A stretch of DNA of 24,000 nt from Acinetobacter phage AC4. Positions 17,063 to 23,870 of the stretch are shown here, in pieces (the first letter of the stretch is position 1; the number at the start of each line of letters is the position of its first letter). The translations under genes and the position numbers were made by a program. The notes beneath the pieces were generated by a model, which was given only the letters and a program-made list of their open reading frames with translations, was not told the origin of the DNA and searched no databases. The stretch is taken from sequence record OL770262.1, one strand, 5' to 3'.

Positions 17063-17087
17063 CCGGTTCACCGCTCTAATTATATCT

Positions 17088-17121
17088 TGCTTTATAAAAT
17101 TTTGATGGTATAATGGTTCTA
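17088..17121 (+). promoter_or_regulatory. Putative T4-type middle promoter, copy 2
   Basis: Same elements, TGCTTTA 17088..17094, TATAAT 17109..17114. Confidence 0.5.
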
Positions 17122-17133
17122 CCGGTTCACCGC

Positions 17134-17204
17134 TCTAATTATATCTGCTGTTCGGTCGGATAATATATGCTGCTGCGCAGCCGGCGCTGTGCGCCGAAAT
17201 TAGA
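17134..17204 (+). other. Candidate structured element / small RNA
   Basis: Closing arms TCTAATT (17134..17140) and AATTAGA (17198..17204); internal GCTGCGCAGC (17172..17181) and hairpin CGGCGC-TGT-GCGCCG (17182..17196); GC-rich in an AT-rich background. Confidence 0.4.
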
Positions 17205-17268
17205 TGTTTTAATTGTTTAGTTGTTTTTGATATATCTCGACTGATATTTTTAGTTTTTAGTCAAAAAT

Positions 17269-17290
17269 AAAGGAGCCATTTGGCTCCTTT
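17269..17290 (-). terminator. Rho-independent terminator
   Basis: Minus strand AAAGGAGCC-AAAT-GGCTCCTTT followed by ATTTTTG. Confidence 0.8.
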
Positions 17291-17292
17291 AG

Positions 17293-17736
17293 TTATATGT
17301 ACAATACATAAATGTTCACGTCTGGCGTTACTTCGTTAATTATTTCTGCAATCTTCTCCCAGGTTCCACCTGCAATACCGGCGCCAATTTTAGGAATTCC
17401 TACTGATTTGCCGGCATATTTTTCATTGATTACAGTAAATGCCTTTCTGATGCTATCATATAAAACATGTTCAGGACATTTGCCAGGTCTGAACTGAGTA
17501 TACGCATTAATGATGTCGCCGTTAACAGTTTTGGCGATGCTCACATCGCCGAGCTTGCTCCAATCACCATATTCAGTTTTCTTGTCTGCTTCTAATGCAA
17601 CAGGAAATGTCTTGCTAATAGAACCTGCAACTCCGGCTCCCATTGTATGGAAACAGTTGCAACCATGGGCTATCGCATCAAAATCATTATGCTGGAATGC
17701 TTCAAGCAAATCACAATATACATATTGCCTAATCAT
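17293..17736 (-). CDS. Macro-domain-like protein (Appr-1''-p processing type), 147 aa
   Basis: DAIAHGCNCFHTMGAGVAGSISKTFPVALEAD, VGIPKIGAGIAGGTWEKIAEIINE are macrodomain signature segments. Confidence 0.88.
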   Translation of the reverse strand: MIRQYVYCDLLEAFQHNDFDAIAHGCNCFHTMGAGVAGSISKTFPVALEADKKTEYGDWSKLGDVSIAKTVNGDIINAYTQFRPGKCPEHVLYDSIRKAFTVINEKYAGKSVGIPKIGAGIAGGTWEKIAEIINEVTPDVNIYVLYI

Positions 17737-17756
17737 TATTACCTCGGGTTAGATTA

Positions 17757-17945
17757 TTAAACGCCTAATGTTAAAGCACTTAATACTTTAGAGAATAAAG
17801 CCATTGCAGTTTCAGGCTCTACTGCTCCAGTTAAAGTGCCAACTGCTGCAGCGATAGCAGCTAATGCAATTGCTGCAAGACTCATTGTTGCCTTTGGGTT
17901 TTTCTTAAAGTTATCGCTAACTTTGCCTTTGAGTTCAGTCTTCAT
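17757..17945 (-). CDS. Small Ala-rich membrane protein (62 aa)
   Basis: ORF; TM segment MSLAAIALAAIAAAVGTLTG. Confidence 0.6.
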   Translation of the reverse strand: MKTELKGKVSDNFKKNPKATMSLAAIALAAIAAAVGTLTGAVEPETAMALFSKVLSALTLGV

Positions 17946-18126
17946 GTTGTTCCTTATATGCTTTAGTAGCCTCTTCGACTGTCATACCATCCAAAATATT
18001 GAGACAGATTCCAAGATCAGTATGCTCTTCAGTATCATATGCATGAACTGCATCTAACAGGTCTTGAGAATTACTGATTGTGGTAGCCAAGAAGCTTACT
18101 TGTTGTTTAGTTAGTGTTAGTGACAT
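17935..18126 (-). CDS. Hypothetical protein (63 aa)
   Basis: ORF with AGGAGACAGACATG upstream. Confidence 0.65.
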   Translation of the reverse strand: MSLTLTKQQVSFLATTISNSQDLLDAVHAYDTEEHTDLGICLNILDGMTVEEATKAYKEQHED

Positions 18127-18226
18127 GTCTGTCTCCTAAAATATTTATTAACAGATTAATTACTAATCTATGCTTTACATCAAAAGTTATAAATAAAATT
18201 AAAAAAGCCTTTAAAATGCACCCGCC

Positions 18227-18574
18227 TTAATACAGGATTAAACTATTGACAATAACCTCTTCTGGTGTCATCTGCGTCATTCTGCCTCTAGAAATTTCAC
18301 GTAAACGTAATAGTGCAACGCCTTGTCGATCCATTTCATGCTCAATAGAGTTCAATCGACGCTGCAGGCTTTGTGCATCAAATCTCATAGTTTTCAATTT
18401 CTTTAATGCACTTTCAGCCAAATTAGGCGTTGGTGAAACGCGAATAATGGTCTTTTGAAGATTAAAAATTCGTGTTTCTAAACTATCGATTTGAGCTCTT
18501 AATGCTTGTGCACGTTTCTTGTTGAGCTTGATTTTGTATATTAAAGCGTTTTTGAGTTGATTAATTTCCATCAC
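18227..18574 (-). CDS. Hypothetical coiled-coil protein (115 aa)
   Basis: ORF. Confidence 0.65.
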   Translation of the reverse strand: MMEINQLKNALIYKIKLNKKRAQALRAQIDSLETRIFNLQKTIIRVSPTPNLAESALKKLKTMRFDAQSLQRRLNSIEHEMDRQGVALLRLREISRGRMTQMTPEEVIVNSLILY

Positions 18575-18765
18575 ATTGTGTCCTTAATAATTCGCCATGC
18601 TAGTGCCCATGTGCTAAATGTAGTTAATGCAAATACTGCTAATGCAGTATCATTAGGAAATGATCCAGTCATAGCTATGTAAATTTGAGCTATATGAATT
18701 GTTAGCCATGATCCACCGCACAAAGCAAATACAGCGGCTAATGCAATCATCGATTTCATGCTCAT
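18571..18765 (-). CDS. Small membrane protein (64 aa)
   Basis: Start moved to 18765 (MSMKSMIALAAVFALCGGSW...), ATGA overlap with the upstream stop. Confidence 0.65.
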   Translation of the reverse strand: MSMKSMIALAAVFALCGGSWLTIHIAQIYIAMTGSFPNDTALAVFALTTFSTWALAWRIIKDTM

Positions 18766-19229
18766 ACAGTCACCGATTCTTTGTGCGTATCTTGTTCTAC
18801 GTTTAAAACGAGATATGTTTGATGAACACCATAGGGCTTCCAACCTCTGCATTGCCCAAAACCTTTTAGCCTATAGCCCATTGAACCACGAGCTCTGTAC
18901 ATCTTAATATACTTTTCTTTAAGCAAACGTTGCAATGCAGGAGATCGTTGTAAATTTACACAATGCTCACGATTGATAGGCAATCTGACGTATTCGCCTT
19001 CAACTTGCTGTTTAAAGAACTCTTTATAGTATTTGTACTGATCGGCATCAGAAATTCTGCCGCCAATAAGCTTTAAAATTTGCATACGTGCTAATCGTTT
19101 TGCTTCATATGCGACAAATCGTTCTTCAATTTGTGGATTCTTTGCACGTACACGATCTTCAAGATTTCCAAACGTTAAAAGTTCTTGATGCTTAAGATCA
19201 CTTAGTATTTCTGCCAAACTGCTCATCAA
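18762..19229 (-). CDS. Hypothetical protein (155 aa)
   Basis: ORF; C-terminal segment LKEKYIKMYRARGSMGYRLKG. Confidence 0.65.
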   Translation of the reverse strand: MMSSLAEILSDLKHQELLTFGNLEDRVRAKNPQIEERFVAYEAKRLARMQILKLIGGRISDADQYKYYKEFFKQQVEGEYVRLPINREHCVNLQRSPALQRLLKEKYIKMYRARGSMGYRLKGFGQCRGWKPYGVHQTYLVLNVEQDTHKESVTV

Positions 19230-19404
19230 GCAACTCCGTAAATTTATCTGCTACCTTAACAACATTTTGAAGGTAATACTTTTCGCCAAATAGTAATGGC
19301 GTTTCCAATTTGACCTTGATAGCTTGTAAGCCACCAAGCGCTTTAACCAATTTTACATGCGTGTGGTATTGATATTCGATACCATTAATAGTTAATACAA
19401 ACAT
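19198..19404 (-). CDS. Hypothetical protein (68 aa)
   Basis: ORF. Confidence 0.6.
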   Translation of the reverse strand: MFVLTINGIEYQYHTHVKLVKALGGLQAIKVKLETPLLFGEKYYLQNVVKVADKFTELLDEQFGRNTK

Positions 19405-19610
19405 TAGAGCTCCGAGTTTTCATCTACACAAAGTAATCCGAACCAAACAACAATTACGAATATCACGTAGAATGTTAATGGCAACGCTTCAGGTAAAGGT
19501 CCAATAAGTACCTTTAATGGAATTATAACTATTGTAGACAAAAGTATTGCTACAATAGCAGACAAAAATGCACAAGTAACCATGTATGGGAATGTAAGCT
19601 GCCATTTCAT
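19404..19610 (-). CDS. Small two-TM membrane protein (68 aa)
   Basis: ORF; hydrophobic segments. Confidence 0.6.
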   Translation of the reverse strand: MKWQLTFPYMVTCAFLSAIVAILLSTIVIIPLKVLIGPLPEALPLTFYVIFVIVVWFGLLCVDENSEL

Positions 19611-19939
19611 GCTAAATTCTCTAACAATTTACGTTCATCGATACATCGTTGGCATTTAGTGCAATCAGAAGTTATGCCGTGTTTAGAACGTTCAATACCT
19701 TGAAGGTCCATTTCTTCGATAGCTGCTGCAATAGCATAGTATTGTACAACAAGTGGAAATCTATGACTTGATAACACTTCACTACATGTAAATTTACCTC
19801 TAAACAAAATATTTGTATGAAGGCCATCAGATTGTTGGATATCTCGGATGTAACCTCGAACGAGCAGAGTTGCATGAAGCTCGTCATAACGTTGACCAAG
19901 GAAACGTCGAAGAGCGATAAATTTAGGTTTATTTTGCAT
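19607..19939 (-). CDS. Hypothetical protein with Cys-rich C-terminus (110 aa)
   Basis: ORF; SDCTKCQRCIDERK. Confidence 0.65.
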   Translation of the reverse strand: MQNKPKFIALRRFLGQRYDELHATLLVRGYIRDIQQSDGLHTNILFRGKFTCSEVLSSHRFPLVVQYYAIAAAIEEMDLQGIERSKHGITSDCTKCQRCIDERKLLENLA

Positions 19940-19960
19940 GATATTTTACTCATTAATTTC

Positions 19961-20000
19961 TGATAATGCCATTATACTACATAATGGCACATGTGTAAAT
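19961..20000 (-). promoter_or_regulatory. Early-type promoter with inverted repeat
   Basis: ATTTAC (20000..19995), 18 nt, TATAAT (19976..19971), TTATCAGAAA; inverted repeat GCCATTAT/ATAATGGC 19968..19988. Confidence 0.7.
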
Positions 20001-20005
20001 AGGTT

Positions 20006-20479
20006 TTATTTTAAAAAGAATGGAATATCACGACCAGTCCATTTTGCCATATGCGCCTTTTCGTTTTTGTAAAGTGTACGATATTCTGCGATTGCATTTG
20101 TATGAAGAATACGACCTGGCATTACTGCTACAAATGGAGTTAATTTATTTGCACCAAGTGGAATTTTATCGATATTGTCGATTAAGGCAGGGATCAAGCG
20201 TGAACTAGCATGAACTTTGCCATAGCGATATGTATATTCACTAAGTAACTCGATAACTAAGTCAAGGAGAAACTCATAGTTTTGGCGAGATTGCATTGCC
20301 CATACAACGCATGGGTGATTTTTATGAGTTGCACGATATAAAATATCGCTTTCGATGCCATTTAAACGAGAAACAGTTGAAAGAATTTGACAATATTCGA
20401 CACACATTTTAACAACATGTTTGTCACAGTGGTACTGTGCAGATTTAGCTGGGTTTGCGTCGAAATGAAAAATATTCAT
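20006..20479 (-). CDS. Conserved phage protein of unknown function (157 aa)
   Basis: N-terminus MNIFHFDANPAKSAQYHCDKHVVKMCVEYCQILSTV matches a recurrent phage family type. Confidence 0.75.
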   Translation of the reverse strand: MNIFHFDANPAKSAQYHCDKHVVKMCVEYCQILSTVSRLNGIESDILYRATHKNHPCVVWAMQSRQNYEFLLDLVIELLSEYTYRYGKVHASSRLIPALIDNIDKIPLGANKLTPFVAVMPGRILHTNAIAEYRTLYKNEKAHMAKWTGRDIPFFLK

Positions 20480-20502
20480 GATGTTTTACTCAATGTAGAT
20501 TA

Positions 20503-20546
20503 GATTTGATAGATGTATTATACTAAAATAAAAAGCATGTGTAAAC
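20503..20546 (-). promoter_or_regulatory. Early-type promoter
   Basis: GTTTAC (20546..20541), 18 nt, TATAAT (20522..20517), ACAT, CTATCAAATC. Confidence 0.75.
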
Positions 20547-20571
20547 AGTTTTTGCTAATTATTTTTGCCAC

Positions 20572-20593
20572 AATGGAGCCGTAAGGCTCCATT
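20572..20593 (+). terminator. Hairpin AATGGAGCC-GTAA-GGCTCCATT then TTTG
   Basis: Perfect 9-bp stem; the U-run is on the plus side, so orientation is uncertain; may act bidirectionally. Confidence 0.5.
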
Positions 20594-20597
20594 TTTG

Positions 20598-20804
20598 TTA
20601 TGCTATTTCAATTTTGGAGATATCGAAGTATGAATATTCCCAGCATCCACCGTTTTCATCATAACACCAAACCATTGATTTAGGAGGCATATGTCCTGGA
20701 GGTGGTGTAATTTCCTCTTCAATAGGCTTGTAGAAATAAAATTCACCATCAAAAACTGTAACAACTGTTGTGCCTTCAGGAAGTTTAGTAGAAAATGCTT
20801 TCAT
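20598..20804 (-). CDS. Hypothetical protein (68 aa)
   Basis: ORF. Confidence 0.6.
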   Translation of the reverse strand: MKAFSTKLPEGTTVVTVFDGEFYFYKPIEEEITPPPGHMPPKSMVWCYDENGGCWEYSYFDISKIEIA

Positions 20805-20826
20805 AACAATACTCTTGGTGAATTAG

Positions 20827-20869
20827 ATTTGATAGAGCTATTATAATATAGCCCTATCATGATGTAAAC
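20827..20869 (-). promoter_or_regulatory. Early-type promoter with hairpin
   Basis: GTTTAC (20869..20864), 18 nt, TATAAT (20845..20840), AGCT, CTATCAAATC; 11-bp hairpin 20831..20858. Confidence 0.8.
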
Positions 20870-20872
20870 AGA

Positions 20873-21232
20873 TTATTTCACGAAATATGAAATAGTGTCG
20901 CCATCCACATAAACCGCTTCACCTTGGCTAGCGATAAAATCTTTTGCATCATCTATCCATTCAAATCCTTCTTGATTCATTACTTCTCCAATGAAGATTA
21001 CTGAACCTGAAGATGAATATCTAACTACCATATAGTACCAGCCTTTCTCATAGATTTCATCGTTATCAACAACTCGGTACACTGCGAAGCCATCAAGATC
21101 ACAAGTTTGATCAATGTTATACGAGATTTTATTAACTGAGAAGGCTACAACCGATTGAATTTCAACGTTAGGAAACTCTGTACAAATTGCAGATTTAAGA
21201 GCAGAAATTGAAGGAGTAGTAAATTGTTTCAT
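20873..21232 (-). CDS. Hypothetical acidic protein (119 aa)
   Basis: ORF with CATGAGGAAATCATAATG leader. Confidence 0.65.
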   Translation of the reverse strand: MKQFTTPSISALKSAICTEFPNVEIQSVVAFSVNKISYNIDQTCDLDGFAVYRVVDNDEIYEKGWYYMVVRYSSSGSVIFIGEVMNQEGFEWIDDAKDFIASQGEAVYVDGDTISYFVK

Positions 21233-21257
21233 TATGATTTCCTCATGTTGTTTATCG

Positions 21258-21300
21258 ATTTGATAGTTGTATTATACCACAAAAGGTGCACGTTGTACAC
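21258..21300 (-). promoter_or_regulatory. Early-type promoter
   Basis: GTGTAC (21300..21295), 18 nt, TATAAT (21276..21271), ACAA, CTATCAAATC. Confidence 0.7.
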
Positions 21301-21305
21301 CTTTT
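21281..21305 (-). terminator. Hairpin overlapping the adjacent promoter
   Basis: AAAAGGTG...CACCTTTT arms on either side of a short imperfect inner stem; overlaps the -35 element. Confidence 0.55.
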
Positions 21306-21326
21306 TATGAAATTATTAAAAAAAAT

Positions 21327-21731
21327 TTAATCAAAATAGTCTTCATCATCATCTGAATCTTCATCGGCAGTAAAGATTACAAGTTCGGATGTTTCATCCG
21401 CGAATGTGAACATGCCATTATAATATGATACATAAAGAACTTCATCAGTAAATATTGTTGCATGTTTATCTGCAACTAAACGATTTACTTCTTCCATGTT
21501 GCATAATTCCAATGGAACTGCACCGATCATGCCTGAATCTACTGGAAATTTGAGAGGACTATTTGATGAATAGTATCCATCGCCATAAGCAGTATGATGT
21601 GCCCAAACTTGGTTACCTGCGATTTCGTATACACCATCTACAATGCCATCAGCAATTAGAGCTTCATAATGCTCATCAAGCATTACATAACATGGATCAC
21701 AAACTACATATGAATTACGTTTAAGTTGCAT
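21327..21731 (-). CDS. Acidic hypothetical protein (134 aa)
   Basis: Start moved to 21731 after TGAGGAAATTAAAATG; YVVCDPCYVMLDE, YGDGYY, PVDSGMIGAVP; C-terminus DEDSDDDEDYFD. Confidence 0.7.
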   Translation of the reverse strand: MQLKRNSYVVCDPCYVMLDEHYEALIADGIVDGVYEIAGNQVWAHHTAYGDGYYSSNSPLKFPVDSGMIGAVPLELCNMEEVNRLVADKHATIFTDEVLYVSYYNGMFTFADETSELVIFTADEDSDDDEDYFD

Positions 21732-21741
21732 TTTAATTTCC

Positions 21742-21990
21742 TCATTTACGAATATCAAAAATTACTTTAACTTCAAGTTCTTGTTCTTCAAGAGATTCAA
21801 TAGAATCTTCAGGTGTAAAGCCATAGTTTGACAACCATTGCTCATCATATTTAGGCTGAATACATTCATCTGCATCATAAGTCTGAATATTGCCTTCTGC
21901 ATCAAAGTATGAATAAAGGCCTTCAGATTCAACTGCGATAATTAAAACTGTACCTTTAGGGCGAGTATTGATAATTTGTTCGAAGTTCAT
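21742..21990 (-). CDS. Acidic hypothetical protein (82 aa)
   Basis: ORF. Confidence 0.6.
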   Translation of the reverse strand: MNFEQIINTRPKGTVLIIAVESEGLYSYFDAEGNIQTYDADECIQPKYDEQWLSNYGFTPEDSIESLEEQELEVKVIFDIRK

Positions 21991-22014
21991 TGCTTTGTAC
22001 CTTTATCCATATTT

Positions 22015-22058
22015 GATTTGATAAGACTATTATACCATAGCCTTATCACAATGTAAAC
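22015..22058 (-). promoter_or_regulatory. Early-type promoter with hairpin
   Basis: GTTTAC (22058..22053), 18 nt, TATAAT (22034..22029), AGTC, TTATCAAATC; 11-bp hairpin 22020..22047. Confidence 0.8.
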
Positions 22059-22064
22059 TATTTT

Positions 22065-22418
22065 TTAATAAATTTTGAATGCTTCGGTGTTTTCGTGCAA
22101 ATACTTGATTGCTTCTTCAAGAGTATCACAGATCCCGTCTTCATATGGTTCATCATCAATAGTAATATCCATTGTGCTTGTATCAACTGAAGAGCACCAA
22201 ATAACATATTGCTGTGCATCTAAATCAGCATCAAAAACAGAATAAACTGTTGCAATGCGAAGTTCCCAGCCATCTTGACGGCCATTTTCTGTTAAAGGAT
22301 TAGGCTTAGCAGAAAGAACAAATGTGTTTTTGTGGACGAAGTTACCGTCAAGGATGTTAAAATCTGCAAGGAATTGATTGATAATTTGTTGTAAAGAAGG
22401 CAAATGGATGTTTAACAT
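22065..22418 (-). CDS. Acidic hypothetical protein (117 aa)
   Basis: ORF with TTGAGGAAAATATCATG leader. Confidence 0.65.
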   Translation of the reverse strand: MLNIHLPSLQQIINQFLADFNILDGNFVHKNTFVLSAKPNPLTENGRQDGWELRIATVYSVFDADLDAQQYVIWCSSVDTSTMDITIDDEPYEDGICDTLEEAIKYLHENTEAFKIY

Positions 22419-22451
22419 GATATTTTCCTCAATTTCAAATAAAGATATTTT

Positions 22452-22494
22452 ATTTGATAGAGCTATTGTATAATATCCTTAAAGCAAAGTAAAC
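22452..22494 (-). promoter_or_regulatory. Early-type promoter
   Basis: GTTTAC (22494..22489), 18 nt, TACAAT (22470..22465), AGCT, CTATCAAATA. Confidence 0.7.
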
Positions 22495-22925
22495 TAAATT
22501 TTGAAATTATATTTGCTTTGGTACTCAACAATTACTGAGTAGTGTCCTTTAGGGTTCAAATACGACAGACGTTCACACTCTTCAATAGCTCGAATGTGAT
22601 CATCAAAACTACCTCGTGTTTCATAGTCGCCGCCATAATAGTGTTCTACTACAACAAACTTGATATCTGAAAATACTTTAGGGCCTGGATCTGGTACTTC
22701 AGTAAAATAGATCATATGTTCAGGGCTAATAACAAGCCGTTTGTCTTGTTCAAGGTTACGTCTGAAAGCAATGATCTCTCGATCTTGCAAATCCGTAATG
22801 GTACCATTGTCTTGAATTTTAATGTAAGGATTATTTTTGATAAAGTGGTATTTGTAATTGTCATACACATAGTTTTGTTGTGCTAAGTCATATAGCTCGG
22901 GATCAACTTTGTACCATTTTGCCAT
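22494..22925 (-). CDS. Hypothetical protein (143 aa)
   Basis: Start moved to 22925 (MAKWYKVDPELYD) after AAAGAGGAAATTACC. Confidence 0.7.
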   Translation of the reverse strand: MAKWYKVDPELYDLAQQNYVYDNYKYHFIKNNPYIKIQDNGTITDLQDREIIAFRRNLEQDKRLVISPEHMIYFTEVPDPGPKVFSDIKFVVVEHYYGGDYETRGSFDDHIRAIEECERLSYLNPKGHYSVIVEYQSKYNFKI

Positions 22926-22940
22926 GGTAATTTCCTCTTT

Positions 22941-22980
22941 AGATGAATGTATTGTATTACAAAATTTTAGACAAGTAAAC
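22941..22980 (-). promoter_or_regulatory. Early-type promoter
   Basis: GTTTAC (22980..22975), 18 nt, TACAAT (22956..22951). Confidence 0.65.
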
Positions 22981-22983
22981 CAC

Positions 22984-23005
22984 AAAAGGCACTTAAGTGC
23001 CTTTT
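22984..23005 (-). terminator. Perfect hairpin AAAAGGCAC-TTAA-GTGCCTTTT
   Basis: 9-bp stem; the TAA stop codon of the upstream gene lies in the loop. Confidence 0.75.
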
Positions 23006-23502
23006 GAACGTAAAAATTCTTTGAGTTCTCCGATAACCTTCACATGCCCAGCCTTTGAACCGAGATTGAAAATAGGAATATCATAATCAATAGCAATTCG
23101 AAGAGCCATTGCGGTTCCACCTTCAAGTTTGCCGTCAGGTGTCCAGCAGATAACGAAATCGACCGGCTCATCTAAACTATCACCTAAAGTAATTTGAGCA
23201 TTTCTGCCATGCATTTTACGTGCAGAAAAACTACAAGCTTTCCAATTAGGATGATATTTAGCAGCAAAATCAATATGGCGTTGCTTTAAAGCAGGTGTAT
23301 CAGATGTGTAATTATTGTAGCCTTGCCATGGCAACCAAAGTACAGTTGAATTAGGTGCACCATCAATAAATGCTTTATCTGCACCTAATGCGCCACCAGT
23401 ATGACAAACATGCCCGAGAATATCGAGCTCTTTTGCAAGTTGGCGCATAATTGCAAGAATATCCATAGGCGTTCTACGAGATCCGATGCCGGCGTATTTC
23501 AT
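22993..23502 (-). CDS. SLOG/DprA-LOG-like Rossmann-fold nucleotide-binding protein (169 aa)
   Basis: YAGIGSRRTP, HTGGALGADKAF, and KLEGGTAMALRIAIDYDIPIFNL are typical of SLOG-type proteins. Confidence 0.75.
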   Translation of the reverse strand: MKYAGIGSRRTPMDILAIMRQLAKELDILGHVCHTGGALGADKAFIDGAPNSTVLWLPWQGYNNYTSDTPALKQRHIDFAAKYHPNWKACSFSARKMHGRNAQITLGDSLDEPVDFVICWTPDGKLEGGTAMALRIAIDYDIPIFNLGSKAGHVKVIGELKEFLRSKGT

Positions 23503-23511
23503 AGGAAGTCC

Positions 23512-23826
23512 TCAAATAACTACGTTAGGTAAAACGACGTCATATGTTTTGTCAAAAATTTCAGGTTTACACGGGTAATATTCACCATTTACTCCTTGAA
23601 TGATGTAGTCATTAAGCGAAGCAGTCATTGTGCCTTCAAGTGTTTCGATAGAGAGTCCAGATTCCATGACTCGGTCATACATTGCGTTAAAGTTTGCAGC
23701 AGTATTAGGATCAATTACAACATCTAATCCCATAAACAAGAGAACGTTTTCAAGAGATTCAGGTGTACCAAGCCATTGGACTGCATAAACTTCAACTGGT
23801 TTCTTTCGAGCTAGAATTTTAGTCAT
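23512..23826 (-). CDS. Conserved phage-type hypothetical protein (104 aa)
   Basis: Start moved to 23826 (MTKILARKKPVEVYAVQWLG) after TTGAGGTTAAAT. Confidence 0.7.
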   Translation of the reverse strand: MTKILARKKPVEVYAVQWLGTPESLENVLLFMGLDVVIDPNTAANFNAMYDRVMESGLSIETLEGTMTASLNDYIIQGVNGEYYPCKPEIFDKTYDVVLPNVVI

Positions 23827-23838
23827 ATTTAACCTCAA

Positions 23839-23859
23839 AAAGGGCACAATGTGCTCTTT
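23839..23859 (-). terminator. Terminator hairpin
   Basis: Minus strand AAAGAGCAC-ATT-GTGCCCTTT followed by TTGAGG (one G.U pair; five-T run overlapping the stem end). Confidence 0.65.
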
Positions 23860-23870
23860 GTTTTAATTGA

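Larger units (their letters stand above)
17029..17146 (+). repeat. Two exact tandem copies of a 59-bp unit (17029..17087, 17088..17146)
   Basis: Unit TGCTTTATAAAATTTTGATGGTATAATGGTTCTACCGGTTCACCGCTCTAATTATATCT, identical in both copies. Confidence 0.97.

Noticed and set aside
17029-17146. CRISPR array
   Set aside because: Only two directly abutting identical units with no spacers.
17029-17146. tRNA gene or tRNA fragment (GGTTC-like and D-arm-like strings)
   Set aside because: No acceptor stem or complete cloverleaf could be assembled on either strand.
801-18458. Numerous ORFs antisense to or overlapping well-supported genes (for example 865..1083 +, 9630..9920 +, 15123..15410 +, 6296..6523 -, 1530..1799 -)
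   Set aside because: They lie inside conserved genes in other frames, lack convincing ribosome-binding sites and have no recognisable family features.
19404-19610. Holin candidate
   Set aside because: Two-TM small protein, but not adjacent to the lysozyme gene and without a recognisable family signature; many small TM proteins occur here, so a specific call is unsupported.
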